DNA of 44,527 bases, taken from Bigelowiella natans CCMP2755. Taxonomy: Eukaryota > Protista > Cercozoa. The notes under the pieces are model-generated. The model was not told the origin of the DNA, ran no database searches, and worked only from the letters and a program-made list of their open reading frames with translations. The stretch spans positions 1 through 44,527 of the forward strand of contig ADNK01001893.1 in NCBI GenBank assembly GCA_000320545.1. The letters are read 5' to 3'. The translations under genes were made by a program, and so were the position numbers. Positions 1-13,733 of this stretch are shown here, in pieces (the stretch's first letter is position 1; every line of letters starts with the position of its first letter).

Positions 1-287
1 AGGGAGGGAGGGAGGGAGGAGAGGAGGAGAGACGATTAGGCTTAATAGAAGAACATCGACAACAAAAAATGGGATAGTAGAAACAAACATCAATGATAAA
101 TAATAAATGGTATTAATTTTAGTCTATAGTCATCCGATCATCGGATTTAAAGTTCTCGATGCAAGACTCCTCTACCCTATGTAGCGGTAGTAATGGTAGT
201 GGTAGTCGCGATTGTTTTCTATCAAATCCTAGCCCCCAATAGTAGTAGAAGTAGTAGTAGTAGTAGTAGCAGTAGTAGTAGTAGTAC

Positions 288-329
288 CGGTTCAGGTATC
301 TTCCATTTTGACAGAGGAAACCTGCAGTG

Positions 330-362
<33 letters not shown>

Positions 363-1002
363 ATTTACAATCAGTAGTTTGAGCAGCTTTCTTTTACTTA
401 GTACTAGATGGATTGTACGCGAAACATGCGACGCGGAGAAAGGAGAAGGGGGGGGGGGAGAAAGCTCATGAATGGAGACCTATCTCCTCTCTTAACCACA
501 CACACGGTATGTGCTACCATGATTGATTCTTACCGTTGAATATCAGTCATACCTATTAAAAGAGAGGTCATCCCATGGTGGTATTATAGCAGCACCAGCA
601 ATAAACACAAAATATATCAAAATATGGGAAAGACGAACAACACAAGAATCATACTATGCAGCAGTAACTTAATGATGATGATGCGCTAGAGTAAGTAGTA
701 GTACTGTCTACAAAAGGGCCCTTCTTCTTCTTCTTCTTCTTCTTTTTCTTCTCCATATTATTCCTCTACTAATTTTGTACTTCTATACAAACTATTTGTA
801 GTAGTAGAAAATTCTATTATAGAAAACTCTATTATAATACATAGATAATTATTACTTTTGGCCTCCAACATAATCATTTCTGTTTTACTTATGCACCTGA
901 AAAGAAGAAAACCAAAGAAGTTATCCAAGTACTCATAATATCAATGGCACACTATTAGCACAACACTTATACACATAAGCGCGCATTTGCTCCATCTACG
1001 AA

Positions 1003-1043
<41 letters not shown>

Positions 1044-1194
1044 TTATATACCTTGGCACAAAACATTTTTTGCCATCCTTAAATATCTGAAGGATTGAGA
1101 ACACATACAACATCATTTAATATCTAAACATGAGAGCATATACAACATCTTTTAATATAAGAACGATAGAGAACACGTACAGAAGCTACACAAT

Positions 1195-1261
<67 letters not shown>

Positions 1262-1611
1262 CATGCACGCACGCAAGCGCGCACATATCAGAATCTAACG
1301 TGCAAATTTTGTCAAAATGTCAATATCGTCAATTGCTAAGGATAAAGATTTTCATCATCGTCGTCGTTGGGAAATCCTTCTCGGAGATTCTGTGCTCTTA
1401 TTATTCATGCCTGCTGCAGAATAGGGGTGGTATCGATTTCTCCTATTATGAAAAATTAAGCAAAAGCAATGTATATGTCATAGAAAATGATCAGAACAGG
1501 AAAGATGTGATGGATACAAACTATAGAGGAGCAATCTGCTTTGTAACTGCTTATTGTCTTCTCCTATGCATGGTAGATATTAAATTGCGGAGCCCCCCCT
1601 CCCCAGTCCCC

Positions 1612-1675
<64 letters not shown>

Positions 1676-2357
1676 TCCTCCTCAACGTAGATACTACTAT
1701 GTGTGGTGGTGTGTACTGTTGTTCTGCTATGATGAGTGAATGTAAGCATGTACAAGCAATCAATACCAGAAGGCATGGATATGAAAACGCAGAGCGCTTT
1801 AGAATTTGAATACTCCTGTAATGATTAAAGCAAAGAAATTATTGTGCCAGTATCATCTATCCCATATTCATCGCGACGTTTTAGATCACAGAAGACAACT
1901 ATTGTAGCCTCCTACACCCTAGCTTTAACCTTAGACTTGAAGAGTTTTTGAGCCACCTGTTAAGTGGAAAGAGGTATTTTGGTATGACTGTGTTTCTTGT
2001 ATGCAAGATAGGGGAGCAAAAGTCTTAAGAAGACATAGCGGTGGCATTGAACGGCCACATAGCCTCTGCATTTCACATCCAAGAGTATTGAGCGCCAACA
2101 TAGCTTATGCATTTCACATCTAAGACTAAGAACAAACCAACATTTTCCTAGGCAAGACATGTAAAGCAAATTTCGAGAAAGGTCATTGGACCCACCTACA
2201 CCACCCACCACCACCACCACCACCACACCAGCATCACCTGTGAGCTTTGTTTGAGAAGATCGTCTTTCGGTATTCGTCGGAGAACCTTCCTCATGTTCGA
2301 GCGCAGTTGCTTCTTTAGCACTTTTACAGACGAAGAAGTTGCGGAGGTCGCAGACAT
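288..2357 (-). CDS. MTHFS: 5-formyltetrahydrofolate cyclo-ligase (methenyl-THF synthetase), multi-exon, 3' part beyond the left edge of the window
   Basis: Phase-consistent exons 2357-2238, 1956-1930, 1815-1767, 1442-1411, 1086-1052, 896-856, 552-534 and 321-288 give MSATSATSSSVKVLKKQLRSNMRKVLRRIPKDDLLKQSSQ|VAQKLFKSK|EYSNSKALCVFISMPS|GEIDTTPILQQ|IFKDGKKCFVPR|CISKTEMIMLEAK|SMTDIQR|FPLSKWKIPEP. This matches the MTHFS N-terminal signature (KxxLR...QSxxVxxK...EYxxSKxxxxFxSMxxEIxT...GKxCFxPR...WxIPxP). The frame stays open upstream of 2357, so an N-terminal extension is possible. Confidence 0.9.
1087..1410 (-). other. Non-canonical GC-AG intron in MTHFS
   Basis: Exon 1442-1411 ends CAG CAG|GCATGA. 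There is no GT donor in that exon, and reading on gives GCA TGA (stop). Joining to the CAG acceptor at 1087-1089 restores ILQQ-IFKDGKKCFVPR. Confidence 0.8.
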
Positions 2358-2480
2358 AGTGCTCAGGAAGGTAAGAACCAACACTACCACCAAACGGCGG
2401 AAGGAGGAGCGGAGAGCAATGGTTTGGAGGTTTGAGGAGGGAGGAGCACGAGCAGCTCGGAGTAGCACCAAAAACTCCTG

Positions 2481-2581
<101 letters not shown>

Positions 2582-2672
2582 ACTCCTGACAATTTCTTTC
2601 TACCGAAGATAGATCTGATAAAAGACACCTAGATCTACCTGAAGATGTGTAGGAAGAATGCCCTTAGGAAGG

Positions 2673-2731
<59 letters not shown>

Positions 2732-2951
2732 GAGGGGTTAGGGGGGGGGGTTGATGTTGATGACATCGAGGAGTTTGATGGAATCTGCTGGTGTTTAGAA
2801 ATGATCCAGATCATTCTGTCATCGGTGCCACAGTTGTCTGTATGTCGTCGCCAATGAATCTTGCTTAGGCGCTCTCTCAAATACTTTTCTTGTGCAGAAT
2901 CATCAGGAAATATCATCTAGGCTAGGGCGACATATCCCCAACTTGGCTAGA

Positions 2952-4083
2952 ATGGCGTCTACATTACACATGTGTAATTTAAAAAAAAATGATTGTATTT
3001 GGTCTTTCCTCCTCGATTCCTGACTGGTACGTACGCCTCCCTCCTCAGGCAACTGGGAACGAATGGATGTCATGAGTTTCAACGCCTTGATTTACTGGGC
3101 ATTTTTCCTTCTCTATGCCATACGCTCACTTTACCCCTTGCTTCTTCAGCCGAATACGATTCGCAAAAGTAGTAGATGTGGTACAAGTAGTAGTAGCGAA
3201 TACTATGCATTTCTTCCTCTATCACCAATTCTTTCGAAATCAGGCACTGTTTTGGCCAGCATGGGCTTCCTCACTGCATCAGCTGGATTGCATGCAATAT
3301 GGTTAACTTATGCCACTTGTCAAGGCAACGGTGTATTGTTTATATTTGATTTCTTGCATCATAGGTTTACGCTAAGGGCGTGCGCATTTGACGACTTCTG
3401 GGAGAACCTTATTAACAGTAAGAAGAAGACCTCTCGTAGTAGTCGTAATAGTAGTTGTCGTAGTAATAGTAGTATTACCCAACTCCTTTTATGTCAAAAT
3501 CAAGCAAGTTTGAGGTTTAATGACAATCTTTTTTGTTCAATATTTTCGTTGAATTAAGGATTTGCACTTCTGTGTCTCTTCACTGGTTTCTCTCTATACT
3601 TGGAAACATGGGTAGGAGCAACTTTAAGTTTTATCTGCAAATGTCGAGAATGTGTATCTCACACCTCGATGAATCTTGGAAACAATTCCATCGTTAGGCT
3701 ATTTTCCTGTATGCAACTTGGCCCTCTGGTGTTGCTTCAGAAGCTGCATGCGGTGGATCAATTGCAAGCCGCAGAAAATGTAATAACTGCACCCTGGATA
3801 AACCAGAAATTCGACGGAAAATGAATATTGAATCCTTGTTATAGAAGTTCTTTATCTCTTTTTTTATTTTGTCCTAAAACAATATCATCAGATATAAAGT
3901 TGGGATTGCGAGGAGTAAACACCGTCTTCTGGATAGTAGTTCTGTCGTTGTCAATAGTATTCTTCTACGGAGGTAATAGTGCTTGCAAAAAGATATGCAA
4001 GGCCTATTTATTCGAAGTAACAATAAACTCATGCTTGGAGTACATGCAATTTTTGACGAATTTAAATTATCCATATGTTTGGG

Positions 4084-4118
<35 letters not shown>

Positions 4119-5003
4119 ACTACCCCTATGTTTGGGCATCATCATCACAATCATCATCATTTGTTAAGTTGAGTCAATGGTGTTCCTGCTGTCTATTTCA
4201 ATTGATAATCCAGTGAAAGAAAGCAACTGCGACTTCTGTTACGATGCTGGTATTATGAATGCTTGTTACTCTACTGCAGCATGCATGTATTCACCATTAC
4301 ATGGGATTGGCTTCGTTATCATCATCTTACATACACAGGTATAATTCTCATGTCCATGGCATCGTCAATACTGGCAATACTGTTTCTTATATTCGGTTAG
4401 TATTCATCATGCAGCATGTTGATGTTGATAGCAACGACCCTTCAATGGTTCAAATTGTGCTTACTTGGATTGTTGTGTGCACGTTTGCGTGATTTACCGC
4501 ATGATTTACCAGGAAATACCTCATACTACGAATAAGTTACTTTTTCTTGTCGTCATCTTCTTCGCTATCGTCACGAATACATAGAATAAGAACTATTAGG
4601 GTAAACATGAGTAAAAGAGACAATGTTTCTTTCTGAGCTACAGTCAATGATGAATGCCGTGAATAATCTTCTCTTAGGTTTCTCTATGTACTCTCAACTC
4701 TATAGGCTGATTGTTGATGATTTTGAAGACCCAGGGTGGGCTTTAATATTATACATTTTTACGCATCATGATTGTAGATGCTGAAGAATGATATTATTAT
4801 TAATAATAATATAATAATCATGATCATAATAATAATAATAATAAAATAATAATAATAGTAATAGTGTTTTTCCTTTTATTTAGGGCAAGGTTGACAATTG
4901 TGAAGCTGAGAACAGCAATGAAAAAGGTGGTGGTTGTAATACCACCATAGCTTAATAATCGCGTACTAAGAACAAAATAGAAAGCCAAGAATAGAATATA
5001 GTT

Positions 5004-5079
<76 letters not shown>

Positions 5080-5565
5080 TGATAAAATATACGCTAGCAT
5101 CACACTCATCTATCGTCAGCATCTTTATAATCAATAATGGCTGATTACGTTCACTACAAAGTGATATCGTTCTCGATCAACGTGTCAACTACTACCATTT
5201 CTTCTTCTTCCTCTTCTTCTTCCTCTTCTTCGTCGTCATCGTTGTTGTTGTTCTCATAGAACTATAACCTACTATTACCCCTTCCGTGACACCACCTTAG
5301 GTGCTGATCGTGGGATCAATTACCGCAGCAAACTTCTGTGTCAAGGTTGGCCACTCTATGCTGCTGCTGCCTCCTGTCTATCACTATCTATCTTGATGAG
5401 AAAAACACAATTGGAGAAGAAAGAAGAAGAAGATGAAGATGATGATGAGGGTGAAGGCTAAAAGTTGTGTAATATGTGAATAATTCCTAGGCTGTTTTTT
5501 TCCTACGGCATCCCGTGACGCATACATATTCAGAGAGAGGAACATACCCATGGTATTCATGTTGC

Positions 5566-5599
<34 letters not shown>

Positions 5600-6374
5600 C
5601 TGTATTATATTTCAATCGTTGGTCCTGCTACAATGCTGCTGCCTTAAAGCGAGCGAAATGGATCAAATTTGTTTTTCTCTTTAGTGCAGATGATAGTGAG
5701 AAGAAGAATTGGGGCGCGACTTTATTTGTCATTAAATCTTGGCAATGTGCTTGGCGTACGAACGCACATTCTCGCACTCAACTAAACTTGTTATACCTTG
5801 TTTTGATTGAGTGAGTTGTGTGCTCTCTCCCAAGGTTGTTCTATACGGTTGTCGAGCTAGTGCCGATATCGCTTTTATTCTCCACCGTAGCGCCTGAAAG
5901 ACCCAAAGGAAGAGAAGATACCGCAGTGGTAAATGGAAATGGTTGTAAGCAAGAACAGAAAGAGAGGGCATCATCGGTTGAAGAAGGCTTGGCAAACGAT
6001 GGATGGCAGCCTAGAAAAACAACAGCTTCGAGTAGTGGTAGTACCATATTCTCTCAAATAACGACGAGGCATTAGAATAAATAAATGGGGCATCATGTGG
6101 AGCAAGAAGCAGTTCGTTATTAAGCGAAATTTACTGCACAAACATTCTCGTAAACGCCACATATATGCTAAGGATAGTAAAGGGGAGGAGGAAGCAAAGC
6201 AGGAGGGCGATCTATATGATTATGTCCTCAATTTTAACACCTCATAGTGTTTGTATTTAGTCGAACAGCATTCCTAAGCCTTTCTCACATATTGTAGGAG
6301 TTAATTATTTTGCGAGAACAAGGAGTGTGAATTCTGATGATGAGCATCTCAAGACTGCACTGTTGAAGGAGTAA
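2952..6374 (+). CDS. Multi-exon 7-transmembrane protein, TOM1/THH1 (DUF1084)/GPR137-like
   Basis: A chain of short phase-consistent GT-AG exons (e.g. 3049-3180, 3244-3301, 3365-3417, 3559-3611, 5835-6037, 6298-6374) yields seven hydrophobic segments: FNALIYWAFFLLYAI, VLASMGFLTASAGLHAIWF, FALLCLFTGFSLYLETWAIFLY, VFWIVVLSLSIVFFYG, IILMSMASSILAILFLIFGFSMY, VLIVGSITAANFCVKAVFFL and WLFYTVVELVPISLLF. The last resembles the family's YxxVExxPxxL helix. The start is uncertain (2952 or 3063). Confidence 0.7.
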
Positions 6375-6820
6375 GATAGTCGTTCATGTTCGTTAAGATA
6401 TCTAGGAAAGCGAGATCAACAATAATATATAAATTGAGATGTAGCTTTGCTTGTTTGCCTCACCCCGCTCTAACATCATCGGGATCAGTCAATATAATGT
6501 CTTCTTAGAAAATATGCAACCGCCGCAGATAGATGCACATGTGAGTGCAAGAGGTGATGATCGCTGCAGTGATAGCTGCAGGAAACAATAACATCTAAAG
6601 TCGCTTCTGGTTTGCGATGCGCGGCGACGTCTACAAATTGTGGCATGCAATAAAGCCGGTCGCAAAATTGTAGCACGAGCACATCAATGAGCGGGTGTCG
6701 CCTTCTCTGTGCTGCGCAAGACGACGTACTCTAGACAAGTGTGTTGCACGTCAATGCAATGTCATCGTTTAATCGATTAGAGCTAGACCACAGCAAAGCT
6801 GAGCATGTTGTGATGTCAAG

Positions 6821-6870
<50 letters not shown>

Positions 6871-7084
6871 GTAAGATGCTGCAGCCTCCGCCTTGCACAC
6901 TCCAGCGCGCTTTCGGCGCACATCATGTGTCGTGATGCTGTGGTGTTTCGTTGTCTCAGCCATGTCAATCAATTTGAGCATTTCAACGTTCCTCATTTTT
7001 TCAAATTTCCACACCATAGCTGAACTAAAGAAAAACTTAGTGTCTAAATATGTGGCGACACTGTCACTAGTGACATTTGAAATG

Positions 7085-7970
7085 TTAAAACTTTTCATTT
7101 TCTTCATATACTGCATTCAATTTGCCATCAAAATTATTTACAATCAAATCTCTCCTCTCTTGCTGTTTTAAGACTACCCTCTTTGCCTTTTCATCTTGAA
7201 AATTCTTAAATGAAAATCTATTGGAAGATCCTTCTCTCGGCCAAGAGGAAGATTTAATTACTTTCACCCCTCTCCCTCCTAATACGGTTGAGAGACTTCG
7301 TTTAAAATGTCTTCCTTTTCTGTCTTCAAGAGACGTCTCATCCAGTGAAAGAATCTTGGAATTTGAGTGGATTAATTTCTTCACAGGTTGTTCAGGAGTC
7401 TGTGATTCCAGTCCAGCCCTGTGACTCAATAATATAAATCCTTCAACAGATTTTGATATTTGGAGCTGCCTCTTCATAGCACCCTCAACAAATAGCAGGG
7501 ATTTTACCACTTTTTTCGCCGGGATACTTTTTGGAAGGACTGCGTCTGCACCACTCGTATAATAACGGGCTAAATCTTTGTAACTACACGATGATGTCCG
7601 CATCACAATAGGAAACTTCATGTTGAGCTTCCGCATAATTTCTACAGCATCGTGACCTTGCAGTTGTTGGAAATCTTCTGTTGCACGCTCGGGTTTGAAA
7701 GTGTCTTTCATGTCCTGATCCATGAAAACTAGATCATAGTTATTGCCATGTTTTCTTTGATTCTTGGCCATTTCTATTCCCTGAAATAAGAAAGCATGAT
7801 TATTCAATGCTAAACAAAATTGTTGCTGTTATGAACAAAGCTACCTCCTCGCCCGACTTCGCTATGTCCACCAAATAGTTTGGTTTCATTCCACTTATCA
7901 ACTTTTTAAGAATCTTCCTTGGCACCAAGGAATCGTCCACGATGAGAAACCTAACAGGATGCTCCTCCAT
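7085..7970 (-). CDS. Response-regulator receiver (REC/CheY-like) domain protein with C-terminal extension; one 64-nt intron
   Basis: Exons 7970-7845 and 7780-7085 (GT-AG, phase 0) give FLIVDDS...AKSGEE|GIEMA...YDLVFMDQDM...PIVMRTS...GADAVLPK. The acidic pair, phospho-acceptor Asp, Thr and Lys of receiver domains are all present. Confidence 0.9.
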
Positions 7971-8770
7971 CGAAGCAAGCAAGCCTCAAACCTCGTGCGG
8001 TTCTTTGAGGTAAGAGGTAACCACCCGAATTAATATTTTGGTGTAATAATTTTTCTAAATATTTAAGGAGATAATTACCAAAATACACCGAGCTAAATAG
8101 TGAGATCCACTCCCGTTATCCCGGAAATCGCCAATTTAGGCCAACTTGGCCTCCGAAAAACGAACGAAATTTAGCCACATGCTTTATTTGTGACAATATC
8201 TCTGCGAGGGCGAATTTTTTAGGCTGCGACTTTTGTTCGGTGTAAATCTCGTATCTTTGTTATGAAGGATGTACAAGAATGCCCAAAGTTTTGGAACTGC
8301 GTCATACATTAATGTTCGTTCAATTAATTTAAGTCTCCGTCTCCTCCATCTTGTCTTCTCCTTCTTCTTCTTCTTCTTCTTATGTGTCAATTCTCAGACT
8401 ACTACCGGTAAACCTCCCTCCGAAATAAAGGCACCCCTATTCTTTGCTACGACTCATACATGTGCAACATGTTTGGAGTTTCCAGGTCAAAATTCGCGCC
8501 AAGAATAGCAGACAGTCCCGCCGTTCCAAAAATCAGGAATGAATGCGGTTAGAAGAGTGCGACAATACTAAGTACCGGTAGACCGGTAGAGGAGCAATCC
8601 CCTCCGAACAGAAAAGGACCCGAAGGGGGGGCAGCTGATTATGCTTCAAAACCTCCATAAGATACGGGGAGTAGGGACGATGTATGATAATCACTAACAG
8701 GTTTCAATAGTAAGGACATTAAGAAGCAGGGGGAAACGAACAAGGAACCCAGCCGCCTATTTTCTGTAGA

Positions 8771-10127
8771 ATGGCAGCAGAATCATCATCCGAAGTAGAG
8801 GGGGAATTAACACAGAAGTATCATCCTCCATGGATATACACCTTGCCGAACTTGAGGAACAGAGACCATTGCAGTTCCTCGGTAGCATTGCATCAGCATC
8901 CAAGAGGTGATAAATGAAGAAGGATGAGAAAAACAACGAACGTTCCACTTGACGAAATTTTTTTTAGACCCCTGAGTGTATGGCACTGTATAATTATTCC
9001 GATTTGAAGATATGGATGACTCAATATTTCAGGATATGAACCAAACGTCCCGATTCCTGGGGAGCTGCTGCAGGAGGGTGATGATCAACGTGATGAGAGT
9101 AGCAGTGGATGGAGTAGGATGAATGAATCTTTCATCAACAGAGGAGATAGCAAACCAGGTGAGTGAGTGAGTGATGATGATAACAATCCTACCGCCACTT
9201 GCAAGCATAGTAATATTGTCAAAGCATTATGTTGATTAAGTTTTACCTTCGTGAGTCCTCCTCCTTAATGTTTTGTTACTATTCCAGAGATAGATCTGAA
9301 GTATTTCGGCGTCACTTGTAGTAGCAACGACGGCAGCAGTAGCAGCAGCAGCAGATGCAACCATTCGCCATCATCATCATCAACAACAACAACAAAAACA
9401 ACCACAGCTTCCAAGAGCCGTCTTAGGAAAGACTTGGAAGAAGTAATATAACGCAGCGTTCATTGCACATTACTGCACTTGTTGCGTCCTGTAGTGCGAA
9501 ATCTTCTACGAACCTTATCATGGTGATGGTGATGGTGATGATGATGTAAACACTTACGAACCTTATCATGGTGATGGTGATGATGATGTAAACACTTATT
9601 CACTTTATTATTTGCTTGTGATTTAATCAGCTTGAAGAGTTGATGGAGCTGGAGGATCTTCCAATAATTCCTGACTTTGAAGAGGAAAATGCAAGTAGTC
9701 GTCAATATTCTAATGTCCCTGTGAAATCCGCCGTAGCAGCAGTAGATGGTGCGGGGGTGGGCCACAGAGAGGAGGCGGCTAATGTAAGAAGAAGAAACAT
9801 GAAAACGACAATCCACGGTACTACTTGAAAACAGCATTGATACTGTCATCATCATCACCATCGTCGTCCTCGCCGTGGTCGTCTCGTTATTACTATTCAG
9901 GCGGTGTTAAGAAGCGGGTGACCTTTGCTGACGATGCTGCCGACGATGTGATGATGGTGATGATCAAACACCACCAAAATGCTTCTGGTTTCTGTGTCGC
10001 ACGACCAGAATTTAGAGGATTCGCAAGAGTTCTACGAAGTGAAAAGAAGAAAAAAGAGGATCGAGACAAAGATGAACAATGGGCTAAAAGTGCTCAGCAA
10101 ACGGCCGTATGTGCCGCAGCGGGTATT

Positions 10128-10160
<33 letters not shown>

Positions 10161-11023
10161 TAGATACATCATCGGTCGATCAAACAGCAGTAGATATCTT
10201 CTATCTGAAATAATCATACAACATCATACTCCATTATTTCTTTCACTCTACGATGTATCACCATCTAGAAAAGAGTTAGCTATAAAATGCATCCTCATTG
10301 CCAACAAGTGCCATTGCCCGCAAATATGCACCTTTATTGCTCACTAAGCTAACACCACGATTACTCTGGATAAGGAGGGCATTCCTTCGCAACAACATCA
10401 TATTCTCCATTTATTTCTATTTTTCTTGTAGATATCTACACATGACATGCACATATTCATTTTTGCTATACGGCGTGCAATCTTCATCAATGCAGGTGCG
10501 GTGGTGGGCGCCGCTGTAGGAGGACCGATGGGAGCGTTCGCAGGAGCCAAAGCGGTATTATATACATGCCACTATTCGTTGTGTCATGGTTATCATATCA
10601 CATTACATCACTAGGAGAACAACAAGAAGAAAACGGCCAGCCAAATTGGGAGAAAGCGTTTCTTTATTTTAGATATCATAAATAAATACGCATGTGTGGT
10701 GTGAATTTTACATACGTGTATAGTTATTTCGATTGGAACTATTTGGATATATTGGCCAGTTATCCTCAAAACGCACGCGACTCTCCTTCTTTCTTCTATT
10801 TCTTCTGCGCGCTCTTGCCTTTCTATAACCATTTACTTCCACACCTGTATTATTATACATTGCTGTAGCCTTTCTCATCGCTATCTTGCTATAAAATGCA
10901 TAGGCTGCAGTTGGTACTGCATTCGGCGCTACGACTTCAATAATTGCAAGAAAAGTCAAAGAATCCGATACCTGCGGTCTGAGGAGAAGAAATGTAGAGT
11001 ACACCGAAATCGTTGAAGGATGA
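8771..11023 (+). CDS. Multi-exon, mostly disordered protein with a KKRVTF (RVxF-type) motif and a C-terminal glycine-zipper hydrophobic hairpin
   Basis: Phase-consistent exons from the ATG at 8771. KKRVTFAD lies at 9909-9932. The terminal exons (including 10496-10554 and 10904-11023) give AVCAAAGAVVGAAVGGPMGAFAGAKAAAVGTAFGATTSIIARKVKE...VEG*. Confidence 0.7.
9508..9597 (+). repeat. Intronic tandem duplication (48 + 42 bp units differing by one TGGTGA-type repeat)
   Basis: ACGAACCTTATCATGGTGATGGTGA...TGTAAACACTT occurs twice in tandem. Confidence 0.85.
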
Positions 11024-11721
11024 TAAATGAGAACTTGATAGATCAGGAGGAGGGCGTAATAGAATGAACGAGTTGGGTATTAGATGTGGCCTCGTGGCTG
11101 CATTTCTTTACATCGACACTTCTCTTTCAGTAGCACCTTGAAGAATCCTTCGATCACCTGCAACGCAAGGCATGCACATACGAGCATAAGCTAAGTGTAA
11201 ATAATAGGCATCTGGAAAAATGTAAAATGTAGAAGAATCACAATACGCCGCACGATGAAACACGTACAGGAGCAAATCAATGCGGCGTCACGCACTTTCC
11301 ATGAAGTCAAGTTTGTCGACGTCGTAATAAAACAAAGCATGGCTCGCATCGTGTGCATGCAATTATTTAAAAAGCACACGCAGCGTGGTAGATCTTTCAG
11401 ACGGCGCTTAGACACCATGTTCAATTTGAGCAACAGCTTTTCTGACTGTGAGCTCTGATCTGGTGATCCTTGCTCGCGACAGGATCGGTTGGTCAGCCTG
11501 ATCACTGGATTGCACGCTGCCGTGCGCACAATGCAGCTGGATGACGCAATGCTAGAATGCTCTCATTGGCCATGCGCGCGTGCACATCTAGGCATGTCAC
11601 TGCTACTGACAGAACAAGCTAGCAAGGTGCGGAAATTGATGAACATCATTGCGTAACATTTGAAAATGAGAGCGCCTACACAGCGGAGCTCAAGAGCACG
11701 ACATTTAGACAAGCCATTGTT

Positions 11722-12145
11722 CTAATCCCAGGCCTTTCTTCGTGGCTCAGAGTCGTGATTCGTATTCAGCGTCGTCGTCACTGTCCTAGCACTTGAGAAC
11801 CTGCACAGAGACACATAGCTTCTGAACATAACTCACATCTCCCTCAAAACACATTTTGCATGCCACTATTTGGATCTTGTTTGCATAAAGACAGTTGCTG
11901 TTGAATATTTGCTGCTGCACACGTACCAACCTTTTCACATTTGTAGCTGCTGCACCCGATGACTTTCTACTTCTTGATGTCTGAATGTTTGTTTTTGTGT
12001 TACCGTCATCATCATCATCATCGCAATATCGTCGACATTATTCACATTTTGAAAACAAAGCAGGTTTCATACGGCTCTTTCCTATCATCATCATCATCAT
12101 CATTATCATCATCTGCAATTATATTTGGTGGGTATGGAACAATTG

Positions 12146-12183
<38 letters not shown>

Positions 12184-12362
12184 GATCCATCTCCAGGTAT
12201 GTGTAACATTGTTGAGTCTTCGTTTATCACAACGATAACTGACCATTGGCCGATATAGGGCAGGATCCTTACTCCTTGGAGTCGCAGCAGATAGATCCAG
12301 AAACACCTATTAAGGCATTCATTTTCGTCGCTACATAAAAAACTGTGATAATATAAAATCAC

Positions 12363-12406
<44 letters not shown>

Positions 12407-13702
12407 TGACACATTGGCCAGCTAAATGAACAAACAACAGCGAAGAAGAGCACAGAATAGGAGACAGAATATAGTGAATACAAAGCTAGGAGGAGAGACA
12501 TGTATGATCTCGACAACCTTCTTCCTTTCTCTTTCCCTTGCTGCCGCCTTTTTCCTTGTGACTTCAGAAATGAACCTTTTCTTTGTTTCTAGGCTGCCAT
12601 TGCTGCTGCTACAACTACCACCTAATTTCTGCCGATATGAGCCTCGATACCCAGCTGGAAACTTACTCGTTGATGCTTGGACTATCAGTTATCATCGTTA
12701 TCATTAGCAATTACTTGTTAAAGTGGTAGGCTTCATGAAAATATGGTGTATATATAGAGTGACACAACCATGATGGTAGCAATGGCAAAGGGCTTGCGTC
12801 ATCATGCTAACGACAACGACGACATCGATGCAATCTAAGCTGAACTTGGTGGGAAAGTATTCCTTTGCTATGGCAATGATCACTGTGTGTCGTTGCTCTA
12901 ATTACTGACATCTCTTTCTTGGGGAGGACGCTATCGAATCTGACACGCCACTTGTGCTACTCTTGCGTTCAGAAATAGCTCTTGATGGTGACGGTGATGG
13001 GATTCGTCTTCGTGCAGAGGATGGCTCTCCAGCTTCTCGCCTTGTCTTATTACTTCTACTACTACTATTTTTGCGAGTGTGATGTTGGCCTTTCCTGCCT
13101 CCACCTCTCCCTCTCCACCCCCCTCCACCTCTCTTACTGGCAGCAACACTGCTATTGAAAAAGTCGCTTTTGGCCTTCTTTATCATCTGGCATATAGATA
13201 CTATATCATTCTTATTCATACTTTATTGTTGTTACGCTTTTGTGATTTGCTTCTCGACGGGCTGTCTAACAGCCTTACAGTCATAACAATAGCTACTAAT
13301 ACATTTCTGATTGATCATGCTTCTTCTTACACACAGTGTGGCAATTTTGAAGTCAGACTGACGACGGTTGAGGAAACAACATCATGGGTGTGATTTCACG
13401 TTGATTTTGTCATGTATATCATGTTCCCCTCATCACCTTCTTTTGTCTTTGACTTCGCTTGGCTTTAGTAAGCGATTTTTTTGTTGATAGCGACCCCTAT
13501 GGGGATGGGGGAGGGGGGGGGCAAGGTATACGGTAGAGGGGAAATTGAAGAAAGAAAATGGAGTGGCGTAGAGTCAGAAAGCGAGGAGGAGAGGAGGAAA
13601 AAGTGAGAGAAAAGAAATAAGGTGTACACGTTGACATACATCATCTCTATTTCGTCATTGGTGCCCATCAGCTCCCCCTCCCCCCCCCCCCCCCCTCTCT
13701 CC

Positions 13703-13733
<31 letters not shown>

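Noticed and set aside
400-1580. Plus-strand exon-like pieces (EWRPISSLNHTHG, Kelch-like; ORF 1300-1809)
   Set aside because: They overlap the well-supported minus-strand MTHFS gene and do not chain into a protein.
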